Sequence record: OZ335959.1
Length of the DNA stretch: 64,000 nucleotides
From: a phage
Reading direction: 5' to 3' (one strand)
The notes under the pieces are model-generated. The model worked only from the letters and a program-made list of their open reading frames with translations. It searched no databases and was not told where the DNA came from. Positions 1 through 9,021 of the stretch are shown here, piece by piece. The position numbers and the translations under genes are program-made. How positions within the stretch are numbered: position 1 is the stretch's first letter; each line of letters begins with the position of its first letter.

Positions 1-366
1 AGTGCGGTGTATTCTTTCCGCCCTAAAAACTTAAACTATTTTGTTGATATTATAGCATATGAAGGAAAATTACCTTCAACAATAAGTGAAAAATCACTTG
101 GAGGATATCCTGTTGATAAAACTATGGATGAATATGCAGTTCATTTAAATGGACGTCATTATTATTCCAACTCAAAATTTGCTTTTTTACCGACTAAAAA
201 GCCTACTCCCGAAATAAATTACATGTACAGTTGTCCATATTTCAATTTGGATAATATCTATGCTGGAACAATAACCATGTACTGGTATAGAAATGATCAT
301 ATAAGTAATGACCGCCTTGAATCAATATGTGCTCAGGCGGCCAGAATATTAGGAAGGGCTAAATAA
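1..366 (+). CDS. t: Holin T, C-terminal portion (5' end outside window)
   Basis: Frame open from base 1 to TAA at 364-366; translation ...SAVYSFRPKNLNYF...AQAARILGRAK matches the T4 holin periplasmic domain as I recall it. Confidence 0.85.
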   Translation, partial: SAVYSFRPKNLNYFVDIIAYEGKLPSTISEKSLGGYPVDKTMDEYAVHLNGRHYYSNSKFAFLPTKKPTPEINYMYSCPYFNLDNIYAGTITMYWYRNDHISNDRLESICAQAARILGRAK

Positions 367-639
367 TTATTTGTTTGTATACATCTCTAGATATCGATAT
401 ACACCCTCAAAACCCTCGTTGAATTCGTCGATGAGGGTTTTCTTATCTTCTTGAGTTAATTCAGAAACAATTTTACGGAATGAATTCTGATTTAACTTTC
501 TACCTTCATGCGTTACTCCAATCTCATTCAGAAATGCAATAAAATTAGCGCGATTCTCAACAATATCTTCTCTGGAAAATTTAATCAAAATAGACGCAAC
601 AGTAATAATTTCACGAACTGTATCAATATTTTTATTCAT
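367..639 (-). CDS. asiA: Anti-sigma70 factor AsiA
   Basis: 90-aa ORF MNKNIDTVREIITVASILIKFSRED... recognised as T4 AsiA; correct size and position. Confidence 0.92.
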   Translation of the reverse strand: MNKNIDTVREIITVASILIKFSREDIVENRANFIAFLNEIGVTHEGRKLNQNSFRKIVSELTQEDKKTLIDEFNEGFEGVYRYLEMYTNK

Positions 640-670
640 TAACTATACCACTCAATTAGTTGACTTTGCT

Positions 671-700
671 ATAATATCATCAGACGCTTGATTTGTAAAC
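671..700 (-). promoter_or_regulatory. Early (sigma70-type) promoter upstream of asiA
   Basis: Minus strand reads GTTTAC, 18-bp spacer, TATTAT, directly 5' of asiA. Confidence 0.5.
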
Positions 701-800
701 TGGTCTGTGTTATTTTCTTCAAAAATTTTTTCTACGAATTCCTTGAACGACTTACGTTCCTGAGCTACATTATGCTCGATTACTTTTTCAAGATTATGAC

Positions 801-1079
801 TCATTCGAAATAATCTTCAATTTCATAATCAAGAACATAAATCATTATAGTTTTTAATACATCATCAATACTTTTTCCTGGAGCTGGAATTACGTAAAAA
901 TATCCTGCTTTTGAGAGGTCTTTATAAGTTCCAACCAAGAAATCATTATTCTCGAGATGCAGTTCTTCAACTAATTCATTAACAATTGAGTGGTATAAAT
1001 TTGGTAGTAACTTGTATAGCTTTTCTAGAATATCAATTTTGATTGTGTATTGAACCACAGACTGAGAATCAATAATCAT
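801..1079 (-). CDS. arn: Arn-like anti-restriction protein (McrBC inhibitor)
   Basis: 92-aa ORF; size and position between asiA and motA match T4 arn. Confidence 0.7.
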   Translation of the reverse strand: MIIDSQSVVQYTIKIDILEKLYKLLPNLYHSIVNELVEELHLENNDFLVGTYKDLSKAGYFYVIPAPGKSIDDVLKTIMIYVLDYEIEDYFE

Positions 1080-1162
1080 AGACCTTCCCCTTATGTTTCT
1101 GTTTGCGATTAGATTCTTTAAACGCTTTCTTCTTATCTTTATGGACAGAAGCTTTATTAAAA

Positions 1163-1381
1163 TTATGTTTTGCGACTAAATTGTTCATAGTGCTGAATTA
1201 CCTCTCTCAAACATTTGCATGTGAATGAAAACTTTTTAGCTACACCACATTCAAATATATGTTCTCTTAAATCACGTGTGTCAGTATATCCCATCTCAAC
1301 AATAAAATGCCGTATTAGATTTTTATCTTTATCATTGAGAGAATTAAAATAATCGGATTTTGAATTAATTTCCCTGGCCAA
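1163..1381 (-). CDS. Hypothetical small early protein, 72 aa
   Basis: Track ORF in tightly packed same-strand operon; Cys-containing; no motif recognised. Confidence 0.5.
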   Translation of the reverse strand: MAREINSKSDYFNSLNDKDKNLIRHFIVEMGYTDTRDLREHIFECGVAKKFSFTCKCLREVIQHYEQFSRKT

Positions 1382-1661
1382 ATTGAATCACCTTCAGTTG
1401 ACGTTTTAGTTCTTTTATCATTTCTTCGTTCATCGCAATATAAAGATCTCGTAAAGCAGGTTTTAACATTCCATTTACTGGAGAACTAAATGGACATACA
1501 TAATCTTTTCCTACGAGCTTTTTGGTGAATTCCATATTACAGAACTGAAATGCCGGTTCATTGGCATAAATTCCCCAATTAGTTGACATCATTTTATTGG
1601 CATATTCCAGTGCCTGGATTTGATTCATAATTCCATCAATTTGAAACTTTTTAATATTCAT
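1365..1661 (-). CDS. Hypothetical protein, 98 aa
   Basis: Track ORF; start overlaps stop of upstream gene (coupled arrangement). Confidence 0.5.
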   Translation of the reverse strand: MNIKKFQIDGIMNQIQALEYANKMMSTNWGIYANEPAFQFCNMEFTKKLVGKDYVCPFSSPVNGMLKPALRDLYIAMNEEMIKELKRQLKVIQFGQGN

Positions 1662-2122
1662 TAGTAAAGGTCCTCAGAGTAAAGTTCTTTTTCACTACCA
1701 CCACGTTCAATACGTACTTGTCCGGCGTAAGTTGCAATAATCATTGCTTCTTCACGTGTCCAATAATTACTATATTGGTCAATAAATCCTTGGTCATCAT
1801 CACAAACTTGTTGAGTAACTAATTGGGGTTTAACTACATCTAAAACTTCTGCCATATCTTTAGAATAATGACGAGCACCTGGAATAACAAGAGTTCGTCC
1901 ATCTTTTAATTTAAAACGATTGGCGGCACAAACAATTCGTCGTTGATACTTTTGGTTTTCGTCCCAATATGCGGTTTGCCAACAGATTTCAGGAACTTCA
2001 TCTAAAACATTTTGTTCGGTGTATTCACCACTGTAAGAAGCTAATTTAGCAGCCAAACTTTCTGGAGTCTCACGTGACAAAGCTTTATCTAACAGAGTTA
2101 AACGTTCTTTAAAAGTTTTCAT
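1661..2122 (-). CDS. Hypothetical protein, 153 aa
   Basis: Track ORF; stop/start overlaps with both neighbours. Confidence 0.55.
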   Translation of the reverse strand: MKTFKERLTLLDKALSRETPESLAAKLASYSGEYTEQNVLDEVPEICWQTAYWDENQKYQRRIVCAANRFKLKDGRTLVIPGARHYSKDMAEVLDVVKPQLVTQQVCDDDQGFIDQYSNYWTREEAMIIATYAGQVRIERGGSEKELYSEDLY

Positions 2123-2448
2123 TTAAACCATCCTTTAATACGCTGCCACAAAGTTTTCTGTTGTGCTTTGTTAACACCAATTGAGCGAATAACTGGTTGA
2201 GATTCCTGGAATTCTTTATAATCAGCAAGGTAAATTTCATAAGCTGAATCTGTAAAGGAACTTATCGCTGCCATAAAATTATTGCGAATACCTACTGGAG
2301 CATCTTTACTTTCACGAATAATCATGTATTTACCAGTCTTAATCTTTACAATAGTTCCAAGATAAGCTCCGTGGTACCAGATGTCCCACCCCTCTTGAGT
2401 GGGTTCTGCACAACGACGAAGTTCATTAACAATTTCTAACTTGTTCAT
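2119..2448 (-). CDS. Hypothetical protein, 109 aa
   Basis: Track ORF immediately downstream of motA on same strand. Confidence 0.55.
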   Translation of the reverse strand: MNKLEIVNELRRCAEPTQEGWDIWYHGAYLGTIVKIKTGKYMIIRESKDAPVGIRNNFMAAISSFTDSAYEIYLADYKEFQESQPVIRSIGVNKAQQKTLWQRIKGWFK

Positions 2449-2458
2449 TATTTATTCC

Positions 2459-3094
2459 TCACAGTTCAGATGCTACGGTGATTACTGCTTCAATGTTTTC
2501 TGCCGAGCGTTTAATGTCAAGATACACATTACCATTTTTAGCGATTTTACATGACATTCCGATATCAGTAAATTTCTGAATATGATGTTCCATCATTTTG
2601 TATCCAAAAATTCGCATATTTCCATTGTTGTTAATTTCAAAATTACGAATTCCGTGAGTGCGTTTTTCTAAAATAGCAAGATAGTTACTGCGGTAAGTTT
2701 CAACCTTTTTAAGAACAAATCCATTTTCATCTAAAAGTTTTAACATGAAGTCTTTATCTTCTTCCATATCGGAAGTAATCTCACGAGCTTTACGAGTTGC
2801 TCGTTTTTTCAGCAGTTCAGGAGCATTTTCCTGTGCGTATAAAGTTGCTGCATTTGAAATAATATCCTGAGCTTCGCCTGTGATGATTAATCCATCACCA
2901 GATTTCTCCACCAGGCCTTTTTTAATCAATACCCCAATATTACTATTAACTACTGCGTTACCTAAATCTGGATGCACCTCACGAACTTCTGCAGCTGTAA
3001 TGAAATCTTTCTTAGCAATGGTAATTAAAATCGCAGCAGTTTTTTCATTCAGAACATCGTTAGAAGCTTTGATGATGTAAGTTACTTTAGACAT
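2459..3094 (-). CDS. motA: Middle-transcription activator MotA
   Basis: 211-aa ORF MSKVTYIIKASNDVLNEKTAAILITIAKKDF... recognised as T4 MotA; exact T4 length. Confidence 0.93.
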   Translation of the reverse strand: MSKVTYIIKASNDVLNEKTAAILITIAKKDFITAAEVREVHPDLGNAVVNSNIGVLIKKGLVEKSGDGLIITGEAQDIISNAATLYAQENAPELLKKRATRKAREITSDMEEDKDFMLKLLDENGFVLKKVETYRSNYLAILEKRTHGIRNFEINNNGNMRIFGYKMMEHHIQKFTDIGMSCKIAKNGNVYLDIKRSAENIEAVITVASEL

Positions 3095-3135
3095 TTTCTA
3101 ATCTCCGTAATTCTGTATCAGTAGTTGATAGTTGT

Positions 3136-3165
3136 ATAGTACCACAGTATGCTTTGGTTGTAAAC
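3136..3165 (-). promoter_or_regulatory. Early promoter upstream of motA
   Basis: Minus strand GTTTAC, 18 bp, TACTAT with TGTGG upstream of -10 and A/T-rich UP region. Confidence 0.55.
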
Positions 3166-3185
3166 CGTTTTGTGAAAAAATTTTT

Positions 3186-3216
3186 GAAATAAAAAAGGGA
3201 GAGCCTCGGCTCTCCC
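3186..3216 (-). terminator. Rho-independent terminator after gene 52 / small ORF
   Basis: Minus strand GGGAGAGCC-GAGG-CTCTCCC hairpin followed by TTTTTTATTT. Confidence 0.6.
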
Positions 3217-3221
3217 TAAAA

Positions 3222-3371
3222 TTACTGCATGACTGTGATAACTGTCATGATAACACGTTGAATTCCGAATGCAAGAAGACCTCCTGCTACGGCTGGAACA
3301 ACACCTAAACCCGCTAGTAAAATGCTACCAGATACTAATGCCGCGCTTGTAATACCAATGAATGGACTCAT
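3222..3371 (-). CDS. Small hydrophobic protein, 49 aa (below track length cutoff)
   Basis: ATG overlaps gene 52 TGA (ATGA); translation MSPFIGITSAALVSGSILLAGLGVVPAVAGGLLAFGIQRVIMTVITVMQ is one or two TM helices. Confidence 0.45.
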   Translation of the reverse strand: MSPFIGITSAALVSGSILLAGLGVVPAVAGGLLAFGIQRVIMTVITVMQ

Positions 3372-4696
3372 TTGATTTCCTCTAAATCTTTAGTGTATTC
3401 GGTAACTACATCAGTAGTTTTCCAATATTCGTTTTCTTCTTTCTTAGCTTTAGCTTCTTCAGCAAGTTTCTTTGCTTCGTCGGAAGTCATATGAAAAATA
3501 TTCATTCCAACTAGTTTATCAACATAAGAAGAATACATATCAATTTTAGAAAGTTCTTCGGTCAGTTCTTTGCGAGTTTTACCTTGTACAACAATTTCAC
3601 CTGAAATCACTTTCTTAATGAAATGCGCCTTGGCAAAGGCTAAACGAAATGCTGATTCAGTTTCTTTGATTTTGTTATCAATTCGTTTTTGGACATAAGT
3701 TTTACGAACTTCAACGAAGTCTTTGATTAAATCAACTACGTTATCGTAAACTTGTAGCTTTCCTTTCTCATTAATAACGGTAATATTCTGGGAACGACGC
3801 TCAATCAACCCGAAGTCTTTCATAATTTTTGCATGGCGTTCTTCTTCGTTATCACTCAAAGAGTATTCTTTGCGGAATTTAACTTTGAAGCCAAAGCCAT
3901 GCTCACCACAAGCATCATCCCACGTAATGAAGCCTTTATCTTCAAGCGGGTCTAAGATTTTACTCACATAAGTTTCACGATCATACTTATACGGAATCTC
4001 AGTGATATGCATTTGAGTTCGTGAAGTAAACTTGTACGTTCCACGAATTTCATATTGACCGTCAATTTCAACGACTTCACCACGAAATTCTGGGAATTCT
4101 ACCTTAGGTTTAGTTACTTTCTTTCCTTGAAGAGCTTGCAATACAGCTTTCTTGACAGAAGAAACACTATGAGGAAGAATGTAAGTTGCATAACCAGTTG
4201 CAATACCGGAAACACCATTAAGAAGAACAGTAGGAATAATAGGCAAATAGAAAGCAGGCGGAATGTGTTCTTTATCTTGATGTACCGGAGCATATTCAGT
4301 ATCTTTATATACATTATAGAAATTTTTACTTACACGAGCAAAAATATAACGACTTGCCGCTGCTTTTTGAACGGTACGAGAACCAAAGTTTCCTTGACCA
4401 TCTAACAAAGGAAAGTTATTATTCCAAGTGTTAGCCATCAAAGCACCTGCGTCTTGCGCAGAGTTTTCACCATGATGATATCCAAGGTCTGCTACACCGC
4501 CTGCAATAGAAGCGAGTTTGTGAAACTTATCTTTATTTCCTCGTGCCAAATCAAGAGCTCGAGCAATAACAAATCGTTGAACTGGCTTAAATCCATCAAT
4601 CATATTTGGGATAGCACGATTTTCAACCGTGTACATAGCATAAGCCAATGCTTCATTATCAATGATACTTTTTAAATCGCGATTATTCAGTTGCAT
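3368..4696 (-). CDS. 52: DNA topoisomerase II medium subunit gp52 (GyrA-like)
   Basis: 442-aa ORF MQLNNRDLKSIIDNEALAYAMYTVENRAIPNMIDGFKPVQRF... with type II topoisomerase A-subunit N-terminal motifs; T4 gp52 length. Confidence 0.93.
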   Translation of the reverse strand: MQLNNRDLKSIIDNEALAYAMYTVENRAIPNMIDGFKPVQRFVIARALDLARGNKDKFHKLASIAGGVADLGYHHGENSAQDAGALMANTWNNNFPLLDGQGNFGSRTVQKAAASRYIFARVSKNFYNVYKDTEYAPVHQDKEHIPPAFYLPIIPTVLLNGVSGIATGYATYILPHSVSSVKKAVLQALQGKKVTKPKVEFPEFRGEVVEIDGQYEIRGTYKFTSRTQMHITEIPYKYDRETYVSKILDPLEDKGFITWDDACGEHGFGFKVKFRKEYSLSDNEEERHAKIMKDFGLIERRSQNITVINEKGKLQVYDNVVDLIKDFVEVRKTYVQKRIDNKIKETESAFRLAFAKAHFIKKVISGEIVVQGKTRKELTEELSKIDMYSSYVDKLVGMNIFHMTSDEAKKLAEEAKAKKEENEYWKTTDVVTEYTKDLEEIK

Positions 4697-4700
4697 AAAT

Positions 4701-4841
4701 TTACCATACTAGTGAATGTAGTGCCATAATAACATCAGAAATGAAAAGCACGACTTGAATTAATCCGAACATTACTCCATAATATAGTGCTACCAATAAA
4801 GTAGCAAGGGCTAATGAATAGCCCAAGATTTTCTTAATCAT
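4701..4841 (-). CDS. Small membrane protein, 46 aa
   Basis: Hand-translated MIKKILGYSLALATLLVALYYGVMFGLIQVVLFISDVIMALHSLVW; start overlaps stop of upstream small ORF. Confidence 0.4.
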   Translation of the reverse strand: MIKKILGYSLALATLLVALYYGVMFGLIQVVLFISDVIMALHSLVW

Positions 4842-4992
4842 TAGTAGATAACAACACAAATGTTAAATATGCACACATACCCTGGGCTAAAGCTTGTGAA
4901 AACACACTGCTAGCATCGATACAGATAGTTAAAACACATGCTACTATCCAACAAATAAATGAAATAACTCCTAATAATTTTGCGATATTCAT
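4834..4992 (-). CDS. Small membrane protein, 52 aa (ac-like by position)
   Basis: Hand-translated MNIAKLLGVISFICWIVACVLTICIDASSVFSQALAQGMCAYLTFVLLSTND; lies between stp and 52 as T4 ac does. Confidence 0.4.
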   Translation of the reverse strand: MNIAKLLGVISFICWIVACVLTICIDASSVFSQALAQGMCAYLTFVLLSTND

Positions 4993-4999
4993 ATTTTCC

Positions 5000-5080
5000 T
5001 CACTGGCGTCCGAAGACGCCTTTGGTTTTAAGATTGTTACGATAGAACTGCATCACATGTTCGTTATGGAAATTACTCAT
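5000..5080 (-). CDS. stp: Stp peptide, 26 aa (modulator of host EcoprrI / PrrC anticodon nuclease system)
   Basis: Hand-translated [26 protein letters not shown], identical to T4 Stp as I recall it; not in the track because under 60 aa. Confidence 0.8.
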
Positions 5081-5246
5081 ACACACCACACATTTTGCAT
5101 AAACGTTCAAAACAGATAAATCCGCCACCTACACACATCACGACAGCCACATTATCATTAAGAGGTAGACCTAAAGCCATAAAGATTCCGGTCACTGTGA
5201 ATAAGGCTAAAACTAATAGGTAACCCATTACAAATAGAGCTTTCAT
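5073..5246 (-). CDS. Small membrane protein, 57 aa
   Basis: Hand-translated [57 protein letters not shown]; ATG overlaps ndd stop (TAATG). Confidence 0.4.
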
Positions 5247-5701
5247 TAGTATGCCTGTAAAACAAATTTAAAGTTATCAGCCAACATACGATTCATTTCT
5301 TCAAGTGTTTGATACTCAGAATGATGATTACGAGTAAACGCTAAAGCTAACTGACCTTTTCCAAATCCTGTCGTCAAAGGTTTCATCTTAGAAGCAGGAA
5401 GATAAAATACTGTATATGGAACATTATTATTTGCAATAGTACGCGCAAGCTGAGACCGACGCTGACGAATATGACTTAGAACTGCACTGAATCCTTGCTT
5501 AGAACGCTGATTACCTACATAAAATCGTGCAGATACACACGGACTATCAAATGGACCACCAAATTTACTCACTAAAAAGTAAAATCCAGGTGTAGATAAA
5601 ATGTCTTTATGTGGAGTTCCAAAAACCCATTCACCGCCCTTGATTGTACCAATAACAGTAGCACCTGCATTATTCAAATCAGTAACAGTCATGTATTTCA
5701 T
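5246..5701 (-). CDS. ndd: Nucleoid disruption protein Ndd
   Basis: 151-aa [28 protein letters not shown]...; T4 Ndd length and position. Confidence 0.8.
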   Translation of the reverse strand: MKYMTVTDLNNAGATVIGTIKGGEWVFGTPHKDILSTPGFYFLVSKFGGPFDSPCVSARFYVGNQRSKQGFSAVLSHIRQRRSQLARTIANNNVPYTVFYLPASKMKPLTTGFGKGQLALAFTRNHHSEYQTLEEMNRMLADNFKFVLQAY

Positions 5702-5760
5702 ATTAATTTCCTCTAATTATTTTCTACTCCAAGGCCGCATGAATACACACGGCCGATAAA

Positions 5761-5976
5761 TTAATCGTCGCAGTCGACGCTCAATTCCCAGAACTCTTCT
5801 ACAGTATAAGTTTCAGTATCGTTTTCAATACAGAAACGTTCATTACTGTTATTTGCTAAAGTAGCATTAACTGTCATTTTCTCGCTAGTGCTCTTAAGAG
5901 GTGAAATACGAATTAACTGATCACCACTATCCAAGCAAAAAATTTCGCCAACTTTTACATCTTTAAAAATTTTCAT
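5761..5976 (-). CDS. Hypothetical protein, 71 aa
   Basis: Track ORF on coding strand of operon. Confidence 0.5.
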   Translation of the reverse strand: MKIFKDVKVGEIFCLDSGDQLIRISPLKSTSEKMTVNATLANNSNERFCIENDTETYTVEEFWELSVDCDD

Positions 5977-6091
5977 AATTCACCTCAGGGAGTATAAAAT
6001 CCAAATGCAGTTGTTGACCATCCCATCCAATACGGAAAATTTGCACCAACGTAAAACATGAGAATATAAAACCAACCACTCAGCAAATTCA

Positions 6092-6310
6092 TCATTTTAC
6101 ACCATTCCAAATTGTTTCAACCACAGATTTTAAGCCATTTTGATGAATGTCCATTCCGACAACTGCCATCAAATAAATTCCAACTACAACTGAACCTAAG
6201 GCAAAAATCAGCATGAAAATGAATAAAGCTGGAAAAATATTATCGAAAAACCATTCAATAAATGTAAAAGCACTGCGTTTACGCTTCATATTTTCCTCAC
6301 ATAAATCCAA
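6092..6310 (-). CDS. Small membrane protein, 72 aa
   Basis: Track ORF; hydrophobic stretch IFPALFIFMLIFALGSVVVGIYLMAVVGM. Confidence 0.5.
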   Translation of the reverse strand: MDLCEENMKRKRSAFTFIEWFFDNIFPALFIFMLIFALGSVVVGIYLMAVVGMDIHQNGLKSVVETIWNGVK

Positions 6311-6410
6311 AGTAAGCGTTTAATACATCAATCATTAAAACGATTGGGAATATACTCAAAACTACTAGTATTATAACTACATTCCATATAGCTTTAACAA
6401 TCTTTTTCAT
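6297..6410 (-). CDS. Small membrane protein, 37 aa (track ORF trimmed to ATG after promoter)
   Basis: Track ORF 6297-6545 contains an early promoter inside its 5' part; ATG at 6408-6410 is preceded by GGAGG; product MKKIVKAIWNVVIILVVLSIFPIVLMIDVLNAYFGFM. Confidence 0.45.
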   Translation of the reverse strand: MKKIVKAIWNVVIILVVLSIFPIVLMIDVLNAYFGFM

Positions 6411-6438
6411 TTTCTGTTCCTCCGTAGTTGATAGGGTA

Positions 6439-6468
6439 ATAATACCACAGAGGAACAGTCTTGTAAAC
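6439..6468 (-). promoter_or_regulatory. Early promoter
   Basis: Minus strand GTTTAC, 18 bp, TATTAT (TGGTATTAT). Confidence 0.5.
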
Positions 6469-6653
6469 AACTTTTTTAAAAATATTCGTAATAAATGTGA
6501 ATACCAATCACCACTGCCGAAACTTGCGCAACCCACCACGCACAAGCAATAAGCACAGAATTCAAAATTTTCATAATAACCTCATTACAAAAGTAAATGT
6601 TAAACAAATTAATGGAATACTAATTAACCAAACAAAACACCACCACAATGAAC

Positions 6654-6917
6654 TCATAGTTCAATCTCAGCGATTTTCATTTCATTACTATTAATAGCCG
6701 CTTTAAGACTATCTGAAAGAATTACATTCCAGTGGTCATTCATATGACCATTAACTAAGCGTGTAATTTCTTCGGGAGTTGAAAAATAAGGCGTATCAGA
6801 CTCCCAATGCGATAATCCCAAGCGAGTATAAATCATACCTTCATCATCGCTAGAATATTCAACTGACACAAACTCATCAGTTATTTTATGTTTAGCGTAA
6901 TAAAATTTAAATTTCAT
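6654..6917 (-). CDS. Hypothetical protein, 87 aa
   Basis: Track ORF with GGAGG SD and own early promoter. Confidence 0.55.
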   Translation of the reverse strand: MKFKFYYAKHKITDEFVSVEYSSDDEGMIYTRLGLSHWESDTPYFSTPEEITRLVNGHMNDHWNVILSDSLKAAINSNEMKIAEIEL

Positions 6918-6944
6918 TTTTACTCCTCCGTAGCTGATAGTTGT

Positions 6945-6974
6945 ATAGTACCACAGTCCTTGTGGTATGTAAAC
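6945..6974 (-). promoter_or_regulatory. Early promoter
   Basis: Minus strand GTTTAC, 18 bp, TACTAT. Confidence 0.5.
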
Positions 6975-6990
6975 CGTTTTGTGAAAATTT

Positions 6991-7548
6991 TTAAATGGAA
7001 AGATACCATCCGTTGTAGTTGCTTTTTCTTACAACCTTACGAAGGTCTTCTCTATCACCAATGAACTTCGGAGTGTACTGGATGACACCTGGATGAATTT
7101 CTTTAGTGTTGAATATAATTATACAGTCAGCGACCTGATGATTCAGAATGGGCCCTAGATTTATTCCAGAACCATATGGATACTCTCCGCTGCATCCTGT
7201 TGTTACAGAAATCCAACGTGAGTCAGTTTGATGTGTCTTAACTTCTACACGAAGCCCGCAGTATCTTGGATGCGCCAATACATCCCATGCATATGTATAC
7301 GGGTCATTAACATCTTCTTGGCCTTTGTTAACATACCCGCTTAGCCAATCTGCTACAAAAAACTCTGCGTACACCGCGATACGGCATCTTTCGATAACTT
7401 CTGCTTTATCCTGATTTGGATTTTGTTTTAAAGAGTATCTTGCTGTATCAGCAATTTTGACCTTCATTTCACTAGTCAAGTCACTGTTCGATAGGGTAAA
7501 TGTCGGAATCTGAAATAGTCTCTGTAAACCCGGATTCGTTTTCTGCAT
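6991..7548 (-). CDS. denB: Endonuclease IV DenB (cytosine-DNA specific)
   Basis: 185-aa ORF; T4 DenB length and position between ndd and rIIB. Confidence 0.7.
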   Translation of the reverse strand: MQKTNPGLQRLFQIPTFTLSNSDLTSEMKVKIADTARYSLKQNPNQDKAEVIERCRIAVYAEFFVADWLSGYVNKGQEDVNDPYTYAWDVLAHPRYCGLRVEVKTHQTDSRWISVTTGCSGEYPYGSGINLGPILNHQVADCIIIFNTKEIHPGVIQYTPKFIGDREDLRKVVRKSNYNGWYLSI

Positions 7549-7810
7549 TTAGACTTTCCTTTTTACCGCTGAGATAAGCGTTATATACTTTAAGAGTGCC
7601 GTAATAAATTCGGTCATTTTCATCTAAAGACTCATGGTCAAGTTCATCGAGTTCCTTTTTATCCATGACTATAATATCATTGCAGTAAAGAAACCCAAGT
7701 TTTTCGTGACCAAACTCAAATTTATTGCAGTACACAATATTAGCATGATGATTTCCGTGCAGTTTAATCTCTTTTATGTCGGAATCACCGATATTCATAC
7801 AATAAATCAT
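7481..7810 (-). CDS. Hypothetical acidic protein, 109 aa
   Basis: Track ORF; overlaps denB 5' end in another frame, so one of the two starts is probably further downstream. Confidence 0.45.
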   Translation of the reverse strand: MIYCMNIGDSDIKEIKLHGNHHANIVYCNKFEFGHEKLGFLYCNDIIVMDKKELDELDHESLDENDRIYYGTLKVYNAYLSGKKESLNAENESGFTETISDSDIYPIEQ

Positions 7811-7820
7811 AATTTTTCCT

Positions 7821-7843
7821 TAAAACAAAAGGGCCGAAGCCCC
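7821..7843 (-). terminator. Rho-independent terminator (UUCG tetraloop hairpin + U run)
   Basis: Minus strand GGGC-TTCG-GCCC followed by TTTTGTTTT just 3' of the 7849-8043 ORF. Confidence 0.55.
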
Positions 7844-7848
7844 TTATT

Positions 7849-8043
7849 TTATTTGAATTGTGCAATTCTTTTTTCTAAACAATCTGCGTAAGATTTCATT
7901 GAGATGAACTGTGAAAGCAGTAATTCTTGCTCAACTTCATTAATCGTTAGAAACTTTGTGCTTTCTAAAAATTTGCTCAGTGCATTAATTTTGAGCATTA
8001 ATTGATCGTATTCTTCTTTTACTCGTGCTTGATAACCTAACAT
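7849..8043 (-). CDS. Hypothetical protein, 64 aa (rIIB-distal)
   Basis: Track ORF directly downstream of rIIB. Confidence 0.5.
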   Translation of the reverse strand: MLGYQARVKEEYDQLMLKINALSKFLESTKFLTINEVEQELLLSQFISMKSYADCLEKRIAQFK

Positions 8044-8071
8044 AATTTTCCTTAGTTAAGGGCCGAAGCCC

Positions 8072-9010
8072 TTATTTAAATTGTTCAGTAACGTCTTCAA
8101 CTACTTCGTATTGGCAGGTACGCATTTTAGCATCATTGTAATCAATCGGAATTGATACTACATCGCGAGGATGTACTTTAACTTTTACAACTCGACTGGT
8201 TGAACTGCCAAAGTGACGAATATAAGATTTAGAACACACATGCAGACCACGAGAACAAGTTTGTGTATCATCGTCATTCACACGAGTGCGTGGCATTTTA
8301 ACTACTTTACCAGGACTGTTATCAAAAGTATTTGAATGGCAGTCAAAGTAATTACTGCGAACTACTTTCCAAGCATAGAAGTAACCATCTTCTGTGATTT
8401 CAATATCGTTTGCTACCAAGAAATCAAAGAGTCGAGATACCGCTTTTTGGCTCGGGTTTTCCAACAGATTTTCCAAGAACGGAAAATAAAATTCAAAGTT
8501 TTCGCCTTTTTCCATCGAATCGAGAATACGATCAACTAAACCAGATCGCAATTCAATATTTTGATAGAACAAGCTTCCACCTTCAATTCGAACATCACCG
8601 GAAATATATTTTTCAACAGCGCGACGAACATTAATTTTTTGTGCCGCTTCTTCCAATTTATCTGCAACAAGCAGATTAAGAATTTCCTGGAAGTTTGAAT
8701 GAGTATTAGGAGTTGCGTTATAAGTTACACCGTCAACAGTAATTGAAATGAATTTTTTAGATGCATTCCAAATAATGTCAGATTTAGCAACTGGAGCGAT
8801 AGCTGTATCGCTATTAACTTTAACTGTAATATCACCACTAATAGTAACTTTAGAGCGCTCAGCTTCTTCAGCATTTTTCAAAACACGACGGATTGTGTCC
8901 ACCGATACACCTTGCCAATCAGCCAATTCCTGTTGGGTGTAATTACCACTTGAATACAGTTTGACAATTTCAGATTGTTCGTTTTTGGTCAGGCATTTAA
9001 TATTGTACAT
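8072..9010 (-). CDS. rIIB: Lysis-inhibition / rapid-lysis protein rIIB
   Basis: 312-aa ORF MYNIKCLTKNEQSEIVKLYSSGNYTQQELADWQGVSVDTIRRV... (HTH-like N-terminus); T4 rIIB length, adjacent to rIIA. Confidence 0.9.
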   Translation of the reverse strand: MYNIKCLTKNEQSEIVKLYSSGNYTQQELADWQGVSVDTIRRVLKNAEEAERSKVTISGDITVKVNSDTAIAPVAKSDIIWNASKKFISITVDGVTYNATPNTHSNFQEILNLLVADKLEEAAQKINVRRAVEKYISGDVRIEGGSLFYQNIELRSGLVDRILDSMEKGENFEFYFPFLENLLENPSQKAVSRLFDFLVANDIEITEDGYFYAWKVVRSNYFDCHSNTFDNSPGKVVKMPRTRVNDDDTQTCSRGLHVCSKSYIRHFGSSTSRVVKVKVHPRDVVSIPIDYNDAKMRTCQYEVVEDVTEQFK

Positions 9011-9021
9011 AATTTTCCTTA

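Larger units (their letters stand above)
3113..3216 (-). repeat. Dispersed ~100-bp module (terminator hairpin + early promoter + leader), copy A
   Basis: Near-identical to 59930-60026 and related to 6928-6990, 33485-33560, 58490-58545; shared string gttgatagttgtatagtacca...gtaaaccgttttgtgaaaaaatttt. Confidence 0.65.

Noticed and set aside
2880-3080. Plus-strand 66-aa ORF
   Set aside because: Lies entirely antisense within motA, which is strongly supported; typical shadow ORF.
4055-4675. Plus-strand ORFs (116 and 73 aa) and a 66-aa minus-frame ORF inside gene 52
   Set aside because: Overlap the conserved topoisomerase gene 52; low-complexity translations; no start signals.
8336-8942. Three plus-strand ORFs inside rIIB
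   Set aside because: Antisense to rIIB; no ribosome-binding sites.
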